Source: Girardia tigrina | Taxonomy: Eukaryota | DNA: 64,000 nt | Reading direction: 5' to 3' | NCBI GenBank assembly: GCA_001938485.1 | Contig: MQRK01224117.1 | Coordinates: 9,470 to 73,469 of the forward strand | Shown here: positions 24,001 to 39,000 of the stretch, in pieces | How positions within the stretch are numbered: position 1 is the stretch's first letter | Layout: each line of letters opens with the position of its first letter | Position numbers and translations under genes: made by a program | The notes under the pieces: model-generated | The model's input: only the letters and a program-made list of their open reading frames with translations | Database searches by the model: none | What the model was told of the DNA's origin: nothing

Positions 24001-27000
24001 AAACCTCAGAATATTTTCAATAAAGTAGATTAAGGTGGTGTTTGCATGTTTATTTTTGTATCCATAGTCTTATCCACCAGTGCTTCACACATCACCACTT
24101 CCCAGTAATTATCAAATTGTGAACACGATTTTACAATTACTTAAATCTACAATACTATCCACATATTTCTCTCTCTGTTGTAAATTGTAACTCGTTCATG
24201 TTTTTGACGTGTAAAAAAAGATATCGAGCTATGAAATGTGCCAGCAACAGGATTAGTTACAACACATTTATACGTCTTATTTCCTATTGCACAACTCAAT
24301 CAATTTTGTGTGCACATTTCTGTTACTGTGATTATAACAGAATAGTACTTATACCATAATTTACCGCGTGTAACCCGCATTTTAATTTCTGATCACTCAA
24401 AATTAAATTCCTTATAGAACCGGCACCTGACATTTTTGGATATTTGGCCTATAATATAAATAATATAAAAGTGGCAAAATGCTTCGGGTATCTTATACTG
24501 AAATTTGTCGATGGATTTTGGAGAGCTGGAATTTGATCACCGTTGAATTCATTAAAAATGGTTTTAGAAAGTGGAACAATTGGACCTATGAGAATAAGAA
24601 TGTTGCTGATATGTAAGATGGGAAATGTAGTGCTTGGGTAAAAGGCGAAAGCAGTAACACTGGGAGTGATCGGATAGATTATACCACTGACCCATTGTCG
24701 AATAATTATTATTATTTATAAAATATTAATTAGACTTAGAAAATTGAATCCATTTTTTCTAGAACTGAATTTAAAATTATTCTTCCAAATAATTAATAAA
24801 AAATCACAATTTTTTAAATAACATTGAATAAGGTGACCTTATTAATTGAAAAATACAATATTCCGTTAAGAAAATATCATTAAGTTTCTCTAATTTACAA
24901 ATTTTATTAAAAATTGATAAATATTTTTTCTATAAAAATTTTATGAAATAATATAACACATTTTGCCGTTTGAAAAACCGATAAATGTTTCTCGGGAAAC
25001 ATCTTCTATGAAGTTTACTTGTAATTATTTTCATTGAAACCTAAAATCAAGATTTATCTCATTGGATTTTTCTGTTCTTTATTTCCATCCGGATAATTTT
25101 CAAGTTTTTCCACGGGAATTCTTTGTGAAAATCTACTATCTTTTTTGTATAAAAATAAAAAAAACATTCGTATCTTTTTATAAACTGCAAAGTGATTGGT
25201 TGATTGAAACACAGCAGAAATCGTTATTCATTCATTCGTCACACTATTATTAGTAACTCAAATCGTGATGAATTATCCGGGGATTTATTTCATATTTACA
25301 TATATCATATATCATCTAATACTACCCCGGCTAAAGTAATTTTAATTTCTGGATCTTTAGTAAGAATTACAACTTAAATTATATATAATGTCTAATCACT
25401 GTCAAGAGACTTAGAAATGGGGCATAGCATTGAGTTATAAACTAATGGACCGTTACAAAAAAAGATGTCCAGGCACCATTTATTATAATGCAAATCGATA
25501 TATCCATAATTACTAAGTGGAGATTTTCAAATGAAATATTGTTAGATAATTCTTGGAAGCCTTTTTTCCAGTAATCTGAACCATATTAACCCTGACTTAC
25601 ATTCGGTTTGATTTTAAATGTGCCAAATTGATGTGTAGGAGGTAGCTTTCTGTTTACACTACAGTTCCGTTACTAAAAAAAGCCGACGCAAATCAAATCG
25701 GTATTAAATTATATATATATATAATATTTGTCTAAAAAGTCTGTTGGTTTGTTTGTTTGTTTATCGGTCACGCTTTTCAATGTGAAATTGCGGACGAACC
25801 AGAGTGAATCCATTTAAGATCGTGGTCAATCTGGATAGCCCGCATCAATACAATTCTGTTGGTATATCATCTTTGCCGAAAGACGCCCGGAAGCCGATGA
25901 AATAGATTGAAAACCGTACAAGTCGTTAAATGGTTAAATTATCACCGATTTCGAATAATGACGATTTGGATGATTCCTACACAGACTTTCATGAAAATTC
26001 TTATGAAATTATCAATAAAATACTAATTTATTTGATAAATGATGAATTTTATCACTTATTCGTTAATTATTTTTCTAAAAATTGATTTTGTAGAAATTAC
26101 AAATTTTCGTTATTAAGAAATAGTATCAACAAATATCAACAAATAAAATGCAAAAATGCGGAGTAACTGGAGTGAATCCATTTAAGAATGTGGTCAATCT
26201 GGATAGTCCGCATCAATACAATTATGTCGGTACAGTGACTTGGCGGAGAGACGCCCGGAAGTCAATGAAATCGATCGAAAACCGTACAAGTCGTTAAATG
26301 GTTAAATTAACACAGATTTCGAATAATGACGATTTTAACGATTCCTACACTGAATTTCGTGAAAATTTTTATGAAATTATCAATAAAATACTAATTTATT
26401 TGATAAATGACCATTTTTATCACTTTACTAATTATATTTCTAAAAATCAATTTAGGTTAAATTTGCAAAATTTCGTTATCATCTGATTCACGGTTTGTCG
26501 GTCAAGCTCAAATTTTACTACTATTATATATATGCTGATAAATGGGCCGTCCATAAAAAACATCATGTAGTAGGGGGGAGGGGGACAGAATTTAGTGACG
26601 AAGTGTTACTTGGGGGAGGGGGGTTTCGGAAATGTGACGTCAAATCGAAATGCTGAAGTATTTAGAGAAAGAATTCTGTGACGAAATTTGACGATGGAAA
26701 GAAGGGGTTGGAAATCTTCTAAAATTGCGTGACGTCATTTATGGACAGCCCCAAAATGCAAAATAGTGGAAGAACAGTGATTGAATCTGCATAAAATTGA
26801 GATAACTCTGCATAGTCCGTATCGAAACGGTTCTCCTTTGCCGAAAGGCTCCGGAAGCCGATTTAACTGACTGACTGTTAAATCAACACAAAATTCGAAA
26901 CAATAAATAATAAATTATAATAAGTACGATTTAAACATTAAAACAGAAACTTTCAAATATGAAAATTCAGCTCCCCTGTCATATATGACGGGTCTTTTTC

Positions 27001-30000
27001 TAGTTATAATTATTTTTTTAAATACAAATTTTGAGTTACAATTAATTATAATAAACATTATGATTTTTTTAATTTACAACTTAATTTTATTTACAATGTT
27101 TGTTCCTCCGAATTATTTATTTCCAAAAAAGTCTTGTCCAATAAATTAAAATTTAATTACAATTTTTATTATATAAATAAATTATTTGAACTTATTTAAT
27201 TATAAATATGATATTACAAATTAATTATTCAAAAATTTATGTCACCAAAAAACCTCTAACAATCACAAAGACATGCAATCTCCATCGACGTTAAAGGTTG
27301 ATTTTGGGCTCTAAATAAAGTATTTTGATCATTTAGATAACATTTACCATCTACCTAGTATGTTGTATTATCCAAATGTGCTTGAATCGAAGATTTTCGC
27401 AATTATCAATGTACAGAAGCTCGATTATCAATTTTAGTGTCACATTTATATTTTTTCAAATGTTCAAATAATATTACTCTCACCCTCTATTCAACCATGT
27501 TCTTGTATTCGTTTACAGGAGTGAAAATGGAGACTCTCTTCTATGAGACATTGACACAATACTCATTAAATTTCTATTCATAAACAATATCAGATAGATT
27601 TATTACTGAACATATGTCCAGTTTTATAATATTGTTTGTAGAGTTTGTAAATTTTATTCATTTATTTATTCAAAAACCATATTCTGATCTTTGGAATCAT
27701 CTTCTAAAAGTATCTTACCCACAATTTCCTTTATTAATTTTTAAGAAATGATATGATACACCAATTCTGATTTAACAAGGAGCGTAGTTTATCAATACTT
27801 ACAATAGATTTACAAAAAGTTTAAGAAAAATCCAAGAACGATAAATTACTCGTTTTATCATATATTTTCAGAACTATCGATAATTGTTGTTAATTAGGCC
27901 TGAATATTTTAATTTATTTCAGATCTTTTTCCATTATAGCAGAAAACACCTACCGCTTAATATTCCTTGTATAAATATGCATGGACTAAGACCGGAGTCA
28001 AGGGATTACTAATAACTGACAAGTTACATTTGTCTTGAGTCAAGGAAAAACGTGCTAAACGGCGATTGGGCTTGTTTTAGAGCAGCGAAATCATCCACGA
28101 TTTATTTTTTATTCCACGGACAAATATTTCATTAGAATACTCAATTAAAGTCTCAGAAGAACCAAAATGTAAAAACATAAAACTCTAAAATCTCAACATT
28201 TAGAAAAATTGTAAAAATTAAAAGTTTCTTTTGTCATCCAAATATTGTATATTAATTCATACTTCACTTCTTATTGAAACAATTTGTTTTTTGTCAATTT
28301 TCATATGAACACGACAATTTTCTGACAATTATTGGCATATGTATGGCACTTTATCTGTGCGATTTACTGTACGATACTATTTTTATAGATATTTTGAGCA
28401 TATAAGCATTTATTATTTCATAATACTCTACAATTACCATGTTCTTCTACCAAAGGGTTAATAAAACATCAATTAATACAATTAGAACGAAACTTTAAAT
28501 TTGAACGAATGCTAGAAATAATAAAATATGCTGGGTTGACATAGAATATGTTGAAATATATTTGGATAAATACTGGAATCAATCCTGGATTGTCACGATT
28601 GTTTGGATTATTTGACAGACACGGATTGGGCTTTGTGACTGGCATTATTGGCATCCCCTTTCACACTGTCCGCCTCAATTATGGAATTACTTTGGGGTTG
28701 TTACACAGAAATCGTCCAAAAACATTCAATCAAGGTTTCGCATCGCAATTTTCTATTGTGAATTTCGGCTCAATAAATAAATATTACTCTTATAACAAAT
28801 ACTATGGTCCTCTACTGAATGTCTTGCTCATTTTGTGGGAGCTGTATGCTTGTATTAGGGGGCAACTTATACCATCAAAATACAGTAAACACATCACATA
28901 TGTTTGTTTAACCCTTTCATAAAGCGTGAGAACATTGTTTCATTGGGGATAACTATTCAATTATCAGATATTTATTTACCGACTATTTTACCGTCTTTAC
29001 CATGACCATAGTATCAGTTTCTTGAACCACATTACGCACAGTTTTCTAATATAACTTTCTAAGGTAAAAATAAAAAAAAACTAATTCCAAAGAATAATTA
29101 TTTCTCTTAAACTAAATATTATGTGTATAACTTAGTTTTTTGGATTTTCTAAGAGATGGTGTAACCTTTGTAATAAGCATTATTTTACAGTCGTACGTAC
29201 AGATTTTTAAAGTGCTGAAATCGAGGCATTAAANNNNNNNNNNNNNNNNNNNNNNNNNNNNNNNNNNNNNNNNNNNNNNNNNNNNNNNNNNNNNNNNNNN
29301 NNNNNNNNNNNNNNNNNNNNNNNNNNNNNNNNNNNNNNNNNNNNNNNNNNNNNNNNNNNNNNNNNNNNNNNNNNNNNNNNNNNNNNNNNNNNNNNNNNNN
29401 NNNNNNNNNNNNNNNNNNNNNNNNNNNNNNNNNNNNNNNNNNNNNNNNNNNNNNNNNNNNNNNNNNNNNNNNNNNNNNNNNNNNNNNNNNNNNNNNNNNN
29501 NNNNNNNNNNNNNNNNNNNNNNNNNNNNNNNNNNNAACATTGAAAGTCGATTACTGATATTCAATTCATTGCTTACAAGACAACGAAGATGGTCGTTTTT
29601 GCATAATATTGTGACTGGAGATGAAAAATGAATTTATTATGTTAACTCTAAACACAAGAAATTGTGAGTTCATCCCGGCGAACCGTCCACGTCAACAGCA
29701 AAAAGAAACATTCATGGAAGCAAGGTTATGTTGTGCATTTGGTGGGATCAGAAAGGTGTACTGTACTATGAGCTGCTGAATTCGAATGAAACTGTTAATG
29801 CAGAACGTTACCAACAACAGTTAATGAAATTGAACGATGCATTGAAGGAAAAACGTACTACTCCAGCCAACAAACAGCGCACAATGATTTTGCTCCATGA
29901 CAATGCTCGGCCACATGTCGCAAAACAAGTAAAAAGCACTTAAATGGGAAATTCTACCGCATGCTGCCTATTCACCAAATTGTGCCCCATCAGATCATCA

Positions 30001-33000
30001 TCTGTTTCGATCAATGCAAAGCGCTCTTCGGGACCAGCACTTCAGAAACCAGGAACATATAAAAATGGCTGGAACAATGGATCGCATCATAAGACCAAAA
30101 CTTTTTTTTCGATGGAATTCATAATTTGCCTGAAAGATGGTCGAAAGTCATAATTAACGATGGAAAATATTTTGATTAGAATAAAACTTATTATGTCATA
30201 TAAATAAACTTGTCTGTTCTGCAAAAAAATCCAAAAACTAAGTTATACACCTAATAGTATTAATTTTGAGTATCTTTTTATAAAACACGGAAATAATTTA
30301 CCAACAACATGGTTAACACGTTACATCGAGTGTAAATTACAAATTTGAATATCAATGACAATCATCCTAATATGTGCCTCAAATTTAGATTCACAGACCT
30401 TCGAAAAGGTTAAAACATGTTTTGTATGTTTTAATGTTTTTAAAATTTCATTATCTGGTTGTCAATTTTAGACAAGAAAAGATAAAAAACATGTAAATAC
30501 CAACTCTCAAGTAACAATTTTCATGGACCTGGCGCTAAGTATGATATCATAGCAACATTCGAGTAGAATTCGTACATTTGTAAGATTTATCTGAACGCTT
30601 TTGGCATGCAAGCAGAGGTTGTGCAATGTCTTTTCATTGTGCTTAAGTATTAGTATTGATATTATCAATAATCTTTGATTTATTTTATGTGCGTTCATCT
30701 TGTCAACATAGAAACACCAAAATTCGAAGATAATTTTTACCAGAAGTATCTTACTGTATTTAACCATTGGTATTTGGAATCCACAGTCCATTTATTAAGC
30801 TATGTCATTAAATAGAGATAAACTCTGCTTAATATTCACTTCTTTTCCGACCTTAATTTATTTTCACGAGAGTTCTTCATAAATCATTTCTGTAATTTTG
30901 CAATCATTCATGTTTGTATAAAAATAACAATACAATTTTGTAGTATTATCTATTAGGCAAAAGTACATTACATACCGTACGTAAATGAATACAGAATTAA
31001 AATTAACACAAATAATTTTAATACACAAAAGTTACAGAAGCTTTATTTTTATTGTCTTTCTTGATATTTTTTGATTTTTAAAATCAGTTTGGCATGTAAA
31101 GTGATGAGCCAAAATCGGCTTAAAATAATGTGATTCCTAAGAAATAAATAGATTACGAGAAAAATAAGATTTAGGTAAATTTTTATGATTTACATTCACA
31201 ACGAAGGTTTTGGTAGGTAAACCCTTACTGGGACATAACAAACAAGCAAGTGATCGAAACAGCTATAACTACTTGGACCACTATACTACAATAAATAATT
31301 AAGTGAATTATGGAATTCTTCACAGTAATTTCTGGGTATGGCGATCCTTCGAGGTCATCATCATAAATGTTCTATTAATTAGTTGAAAATTGTGGTGAAC
31401 TTTCAAGTTTGAATAAATTTGTGAAGAAATAATTCACAATATAAAGTGCATCGTCTGGAACTATAACCGCAAATTATATACTTAAAATTAAGTTTTTATT
31501 TTAATTATTTAAAAAAATTTCATGATATAGGCTTAATGCATGGGTATTACTAAATTCAATAAATATTAAACTTTTGATATTAATTTGTAAGTGGTATAAA
31601 CTTAAATTAATTTTCAGTTATACCGAAGAACAAGCTCTTGCAGTTTTGACATATAACCAATACGATTATGAAAAATCCGAATGTGACTTACACATCTACC
31701 GTCCTGTTAAGGGATTGGGAAAGGTCGACGTTAAGCAGATAGTTAAAGTAATAAGTGATGGTATTGCAAAGACTGTCAAATCCCGAGAACATAGAGATTT
31801 TGATGACATTCTTTTGTTGGTGAGTTCAAATTTTATTGATATTTCTCTCAGTTTCAATCATTTTTCCAGTTCCCAGGTTTCACAATCGGTGATGTGCTCG
31901 GTGCTTATTCAAAACATAGATTTCTTATTAAAAAACAGACATATAGAGTAAAAAGGTCAATTAAAAAAGCCATAAGTAAACCATTATTAACGAACGGATA
32001 TAATTTGAAAGAAAATGAATCTTCTTGGAATGAATCCTGTTTGGATACTCAATTCCAGCTGGTGTACCAGAAGCAATATCAAATGATTCATAACTCCAAT
32101 AACCTTCAGGAAATGATCACTAATAATTTAACAAATATGAAACAGTCGACTAGAAATGGTATTATTATTGGAGACATGAATTCCTATGGGGAGGCAGACG
32201 GAATGCTCAATTTGCTAAGAAAAATGAATAGAAAGAAAAATAAACCCGGATCTGCACTTGACAAAACACAATTATTCAATATCCTTAATCTTGTTTATTC
32301 AGATAAATATTCCAAAGCTCTAGACGAACCTTTAATTAAAGAAGATATTAATTTTACCAACCCATCTCCATATTTATCCACACCTTCCAATTCACCAAAC
32401 GCCGATATAACTTCCATCAGCAGGTACTTTTATTATTATTATTATTACTATTACTATCATTATTATTTGTTGTACACATCTAATAATGATAAAATCAATA
32501 AAAGTTGAACAAGATTACTATTTATTATATAAAATATTATTTAAACAAATTTAAATTGTTTTTTCATATTTTCAGTTTTTTTAATTTTTTAAAATATATT
32601 ATCATAAATTATAATATAACATCCCACTCTGGGATCAGCGATATTTTGGAATCGGATTTCTTGTGCTTCTTACTGGATATCTGTTTTCCTTCACTATCGT
32701 TTTTGCAACGGAGCTGGATGATACACTTCATGTCAGATCACAAGGAATACTTAATCTTCCTTTATATCTTTTAGCTTGATTGTAGTTTCTTTTCAGGAGC
32801 TTATGAGATATGTTTTTCAATAATTCATAAGTCCAAACATTATTTATCTTCTTTATATTAAACGGTCCAACGTATTTTGTTTTCTCTAATCTTTTCTCCT
32901 CCGTTTCTTTTACATTTTATTTTACACTTTGTCTCCAACTCTGAGCTTGGTATACCACCTGTTTCTGTTATAAAGATTATCTGAATTCTTCAAATTATTT

Positions 33001-36000
33001 TTTAATATTATCTGAGACTAATTTATTCAGCTTTGGTTGAGTGTTCTTTAACCACAATACGTATTCACTTTCTGTTCTTCTGCCCCCGTTTTTCCAATTA
33101 AAATTTAGTAATGGCGGTTTTCTTCCATATACTATTTCAAAGGGGCTATATCCCGTGGATTTCAGCGTTGCACATCGCAAACCGTATTCTACAGTCGTAA
33201 GAACTTCTGTCCAATCTCGTGTGTTACGAGAATACATAGACGCATTTATCATTTCTTTAGCTGTGCGAAAAATTCGTTCAATTAATCCATTTGATTGCGG
33301 ATAATACGGTGAGCTTTGAGTTTGATTAGTATTCATCGAAAAACAAAAGGTTTTAAATTCAGCAGAAACAAAATAAGAACCGTTATCTGAATGTACACGC
33401 TCTGGTTTCCCGTACTTTGACATCCTTTGATCCCATATTAATTTTATTATAGATTTTGAATCTATTGTTCTAAGAGGGATTAAAGCCACATATTTGGAGA
33501 AGTAGTCGATTATTTCTAAAATATAGCGATATCCTTCTTTAGAAGTTTCGAACGGTAGACAGATATCCATTCCAATCACTTCAAATGGTCTGTTTGCTTC
33601 TATATGGGTAATTGGTGCTCTATCATGACCGTTTTTACATTTTAATCTAGCACACGCTTCACACTTAGTAACAAAATCTTTTATATCGTGATCCATACTT
33701 GGCCAGTAGAATTCATTTTTTAATTGTCTAGTAAATAAAGTAAGTCTCCTCGTAGCCTTAGATCTGATAAACGTGCAAATAGTTGTTTAAAACATTTATC
33801 TTCTTTGATTTCCGTAGGTACTTCGGTTATGATTATACTTTTTGTAATCATTTTAATTATCCATACAATTACAACATCTTTAAATTGATTGTCATCATAT
33901 ATAAATAATTTGTATATAGCTTTTTCATTGCTTGAATCGCTTGAACTGTCTTCGAAAACTTTAACGTTTCGTCTTTTCAGTGGTTCTTTATGATTTAGAG
34001 TGCATTGTTCACAATAACCCAATCTTGATAGAGCGTCGGCATTTGCGTGATTTTTTACTTTCCGGTTTTCTATCGTCATATCATGTACTTCCAACTCTGA
34101 CTTCCACACACAAAATTGCGACGTATTTGGACTGTCCCATTTTAAGAACCATTTTAAAGCTTCATGGTCTGTTCTGACCGTAAAGTTATGACCTAATAAA
34201 TAATGTTTAAATTTCAAAACAAAAACATACACTGCCAGCAGTTCTTTTCGAGTAATGCAACATTTCTTTTGACTTTTGGTTAGGGTTTTTGAAGCGTATG
34301 CAAAAACACATTCAGAACCATTTTGTATATGCGATAATACTGCACTAATTGAATTTTGTGAAGCATCGGTGTACAGTATGTAATGACCGTCGGTGGTTGG
34401 AAGAGCTAAAACGGGTTGGGAGTGGAAGATTCAAATTAATGAATCAATTAATTATAAACATTTGTGTGTATAATTACTTTTGTTTATTTACCTCGAACTC
34501 TTTAATTTTCACTGATTGATTTGTTTTGTCACAAATAAAAATTAGTTTTTTTGATTAAATATTTGAAATTTGTAAAAAATAAATTGAATTTTGTTTAACT
34601 GCATCAATTGTAATAAAAACGTAATTGAATAAAATATAAAAGTTTTAAAAAGGTGAATTGAGTTTTGGGTTTTTCATTGAATTCGATATCGAAAATTTGA
34701 AAACAAAATTTGAAAATGGCTAATTATGGAGGATAAAGCATCTTTCAGTTTATTAAACGAATTAATTTTCTCCGCTTTCCACTGAAACTTTGAATCTGTC
34801 TTAGTCATCGAAGTGAGAGGTTCCGATAATATGGCATAATTTTTAATGAATCTTATATAATAGTTACATAATCCTAGAAACGATTGTAACTGCTTTATGT
34901 AATTCGGGATATGCCGATTTTCTTATCGCCCTCAATTTTTCAGGGTCCGTTTTCACCCCTTTCGCATCTATTGTGTGACCAAAATACCGTACACTGGTTT
35001 TCAAAATGCAACATTTCTCTGGAGACAATTTTAGACCTGCTTCTTTTATCCTCTGAAGCACTAAACTTAATCGGTTATTGTTCTCTTCTATTGTCCTTCC
35101 AAAAACGAGGACGTCATCCAAATAAATCAAACATTTTGACCAGTTTTCTCTTTCCAGAATAAAATTCATCATTTTTTGGAATGTAGCTGGAGCTGAACAC
35201 AAACCGAATGGCATTCAAGTAAATTCGTATTGTCCGTATTTTTTGTAAATGCCGTTCTCTTTATATCTTCCTCTTTTATTGGAGTTTGATAATATCCGCT
35301 TGATTAGTCTAACGTAGAAAAATATTTCGCTTCTCCTATCGAATCGAAAATTTCTTCGCTTGCTGGTATCGGATATATTGGACGTTCGGTCTTTGCATTT
35401 AATCCCCGGTAGTCAATACATAATCATATATCTCCATTTTTCTTTTTAACTATTACTAATGGAAAATTCCACAGAGAATTACTTTGCCTGATTATACCCG
35501 CCTCTTCTAACTCCTTTACTTTAGTATTTACAGCTTCTTCTAAACCTATTGGAATCCTTCGAGGTTTGAATGTAATTGGTTTTGCTTCTCCTGTTTCCAT
35601 GGAATGTTCGATAATGTTTGTGACACCAACGTCTAAAGTATATTTGCTAAAAATTTCTATATTCTGTCGAATTATCTCCATGATGGCATTTTTAACCTTT
35701 TCCGATAAATTATCCATATTTTGTCTAATAATTGAACATACACCAGTTAATTTGGATACTTCTCTTTCCTTCGATACTTGTGATAAACTAAAAATGCTTT
35801 TCTTGATACATTGTATCATTTCGTCTTTCCATTCTTCCACATGCCCTAAAACAGATCCAGCATGTAACATTTTGACACCCCCATCCGACATACTTTCGAA
35901 CCCATATAAATCCTTCATGTGCAGTAACTAAGGAATTACAAATTAATAAATATTTCTCTGCCATTTTCAGTTTATCCCCAATAAATAATAAATCATCGAA

Positions 36001-39000
36001 TATTAATAATTTCTATATATTTTCATCTAACACATCATATTTTACAAAGAATTCTCTAGATCCGGATAATTCTACATTATGTCATAAAATCACGCGCTTA
36101 ATTAAAAACTTCTGAGCTCTTTTTGCCACTTCATCCTCATCTGAACCCTTAAATACGGTAGGGATTAGTTTAAAGTCGTTGCAGCTTTGGTGGCTGAAAC
36201 GAACGGAACAATAACATTTTGAATTTCGACAGAATCAATTTCTGGCCTGACGCTTATACCATATTTTTCATGCTTCTCAATCCAATAAAAATATCTGGTG
36301 ATATATCTGGCATGATATCAAAAACATGTTTGGTTGCTATAGGACCAAAATTTACCGAAAGTTTAATTTTTCCTTTGCAAATTACTGTTTGACCGTTGGC
36401 ACACCTGACTTTTGTTTCTGATATACCCGATTCTTCCGTTAAACGTTTTACAAGGCTATCGCTTATCACGTTAAATCGGCTCCAGTGTCGTACATAACAT
36501 TTACTTTTCTGTTATCAATAGTATATTGAACAATGGGTTTGTTCATTGTTGATGATTTTTTCATTAGTACCTCTTTGTATAGTTGCCTTTTAGGCTTTTT
36601 GGTCGTGCCATTGATGTAATCCACATACTGGTTGATCAAATCCCGTTTTTCTAGTTTAGATTTTGAAATTGCATTAAAGTGCCTAGTCTCTGATATTGAA
36701 GAATGAGATGTCGAGTTAATGCTCTGGGTTTCCGATAATTCTTCTTCCTGGATCACTTTCACCGTCTTGAGGTTCGGACAGTGAGTTTTTTGTGATTTCC
36801 GCCGCCTTCATAACATATTATTGTTCTGCAAAATCTCTTAATATGTCCAGTTTTATTGCATTTGTAGCATTTAACGTTTTCGTATTTGTTATTTCTTTCA
36901 AAATTGTTAGTTTTCGGAAAACGTCGATCTTTCAGTTTTGGTATCTCATCTCGTAGTTGTTTATTTTCTTGCTTTAACTTCTTAATTTCCTGCAATAACT
37001 CTGATACTTCTATATTTTTGTTCATTTTATAGAATTCATGATTATTATTCTCAACTTTTTGCAGTCTTATTTAACCATTGTTAAAGCATCTGTTATTGTG
37101 GATAGATTCAATATTTTCAATACTTTTGCTACATTTTTGTCTCTTATACCATATCGAATATTATCCGACTTTACTGGTAAATGAAGTTTCCACTTTTATT
37201 CTTTTTGCGAAATATAATAACGTTTCTCCTTCCTCCTGTTTCACTCGTATCAAAGGTAATAACTGACAAACTTTTGATTTCTTTAAATCAAATTTGTCAA
37301 TCAATTCTGATGACATTGTCGATATTCATTAACGTACCATCAGCTTCCGACTCGCACTGGATCTCAGCAATTAAGCTGTTTTTAAAATAGGACATGAAAA
37401 TATCCATTTTTGCGAAATCTTCCAACGGCAATTGATCGAAGAGACTGATAAACTCTTTCACGTTGTTTATGTGGTCGGTTATTGATCTCTCCTTGCAATG
37501 ATGTCTCTCGAAGATGAATTGTTTCTTTCTTCTTAAATATAAGTTCTTCCAAGTACTTCGGAGCTGTAACGTTTGCTCGTGACGCCATGTTGTTTATATC
37601 TAATAATGATAAAATCAATAAAAGTTGAACAAGATTAATATTTATTATATAACATTATTTAAACAAATTTAAATTGTTTTTATATATTTTAGATTTTTTA
37701 ATTTTTTTAAAATATATTATCATAAATGATAATATAACATTATTATTAATATTAATGTTATTAATATTTGTCTTAATAATATTCATAAATAACAGATTTG
37801 CTGCAATAAATTATTTCTTTTAGTCCTAAAATTTTTCACATTAATATTTTAATTGATGTTAAACATTTATTTTTATGATTTTTGAAAATAAGAAATTTAA
37901 ATTAATCTATTTTCGATATCGATGTTCGTGCAAAATGATAAAACGATGACTGAAACGTATTGTCTAGATTGGTGGTCAATTTAAAAGGGAAGATATATAG
38001 GGTTTTTCGAGCTATTTCATAATTTTTGCAAGCAATTTAATAACAAATTTAAACACAAAATCTCTTATTCATAAAATATATATAAATACAAAAAAAACAT
38101 TGTGTAAAAAAGAAGTAACTACATTTTTAAATTTATTTTTTACATGTAAACATTTTACATATAAATAAACTTAATCGTTTATTACTTGTCCCATCTCAAT
38201 TTTGAAGATATACAAGCATCTTTCGGTAGATTGCGCCGCAATTTTCGTTTGATATATTGAACTTATCAAATATTAATCTTCGAAGTTCTGCTTCATTTTG
38301 AGCACAACCTCTAATAACGTTATTCTGCCATACAGAAAATATGTTTTCAATAAAGTTAAGAAAGGGGGAATAAGGTGGCAAATACGTTAGTGGCATTGGT
38401 GGAATTTTTTCATCATCCATTAAGTCACAATAATGGTGAATTTGAGCATTATCCATGATAAATTGGATTTTAAATACCATTGATAATGCAGCACTCTTTT
38501 ATTTCTTAAAGGCATTGTATAAAGTTTTCGCCATTTACTGCTCCTTCAAATATGACATAATAAATCATGCCATATTTGTTCATTGTCGCGAGTACTGAAA
38601 TATTACGACTTCTGGCCGCCGGAACAGTCGAAAAGGCGGGTTTTCCTCGTCTACTTCTATTACGATTTGGACGACTAACAACAGCAAAGCCAACTTTGTC
38701 CAAAATATAAAGTTTTTATCATTATTAATAACTTCTAATGCTCGAAAATTTGCAGCGTATACTGTCCTGAGCCCAATTGTTATCGTGCAGTTTCTTCGCT
38801 CAGGCACCAACGTAACATCTTTTAGAGTGTAGGGAAACTCTCTTAAAGAACCTTTTTCTATTATTCAGCGTTTCTTCATTTTAAAATTTATATACCGATG
38901 GATTTCTTAATGACATCATCATCTGTTTTTAGTACAACATGTGTCATAATCGCGTATCATGCTCAGTAATGTTCTGATTATTACAGTTTACATACGGTTC

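Noticed and set aside
28440-28930. ORF 28548-28922 and TTAA-CCCTTT piggyBac-like ends
   Set aside because: The ends face outward and do not pair, and the ORF has no recognisable motif.
30380-30900. Possible Tc1-like relic (ORF 30507-30791)
   Set aside because: Too degraded; no catalytic motif could be read.
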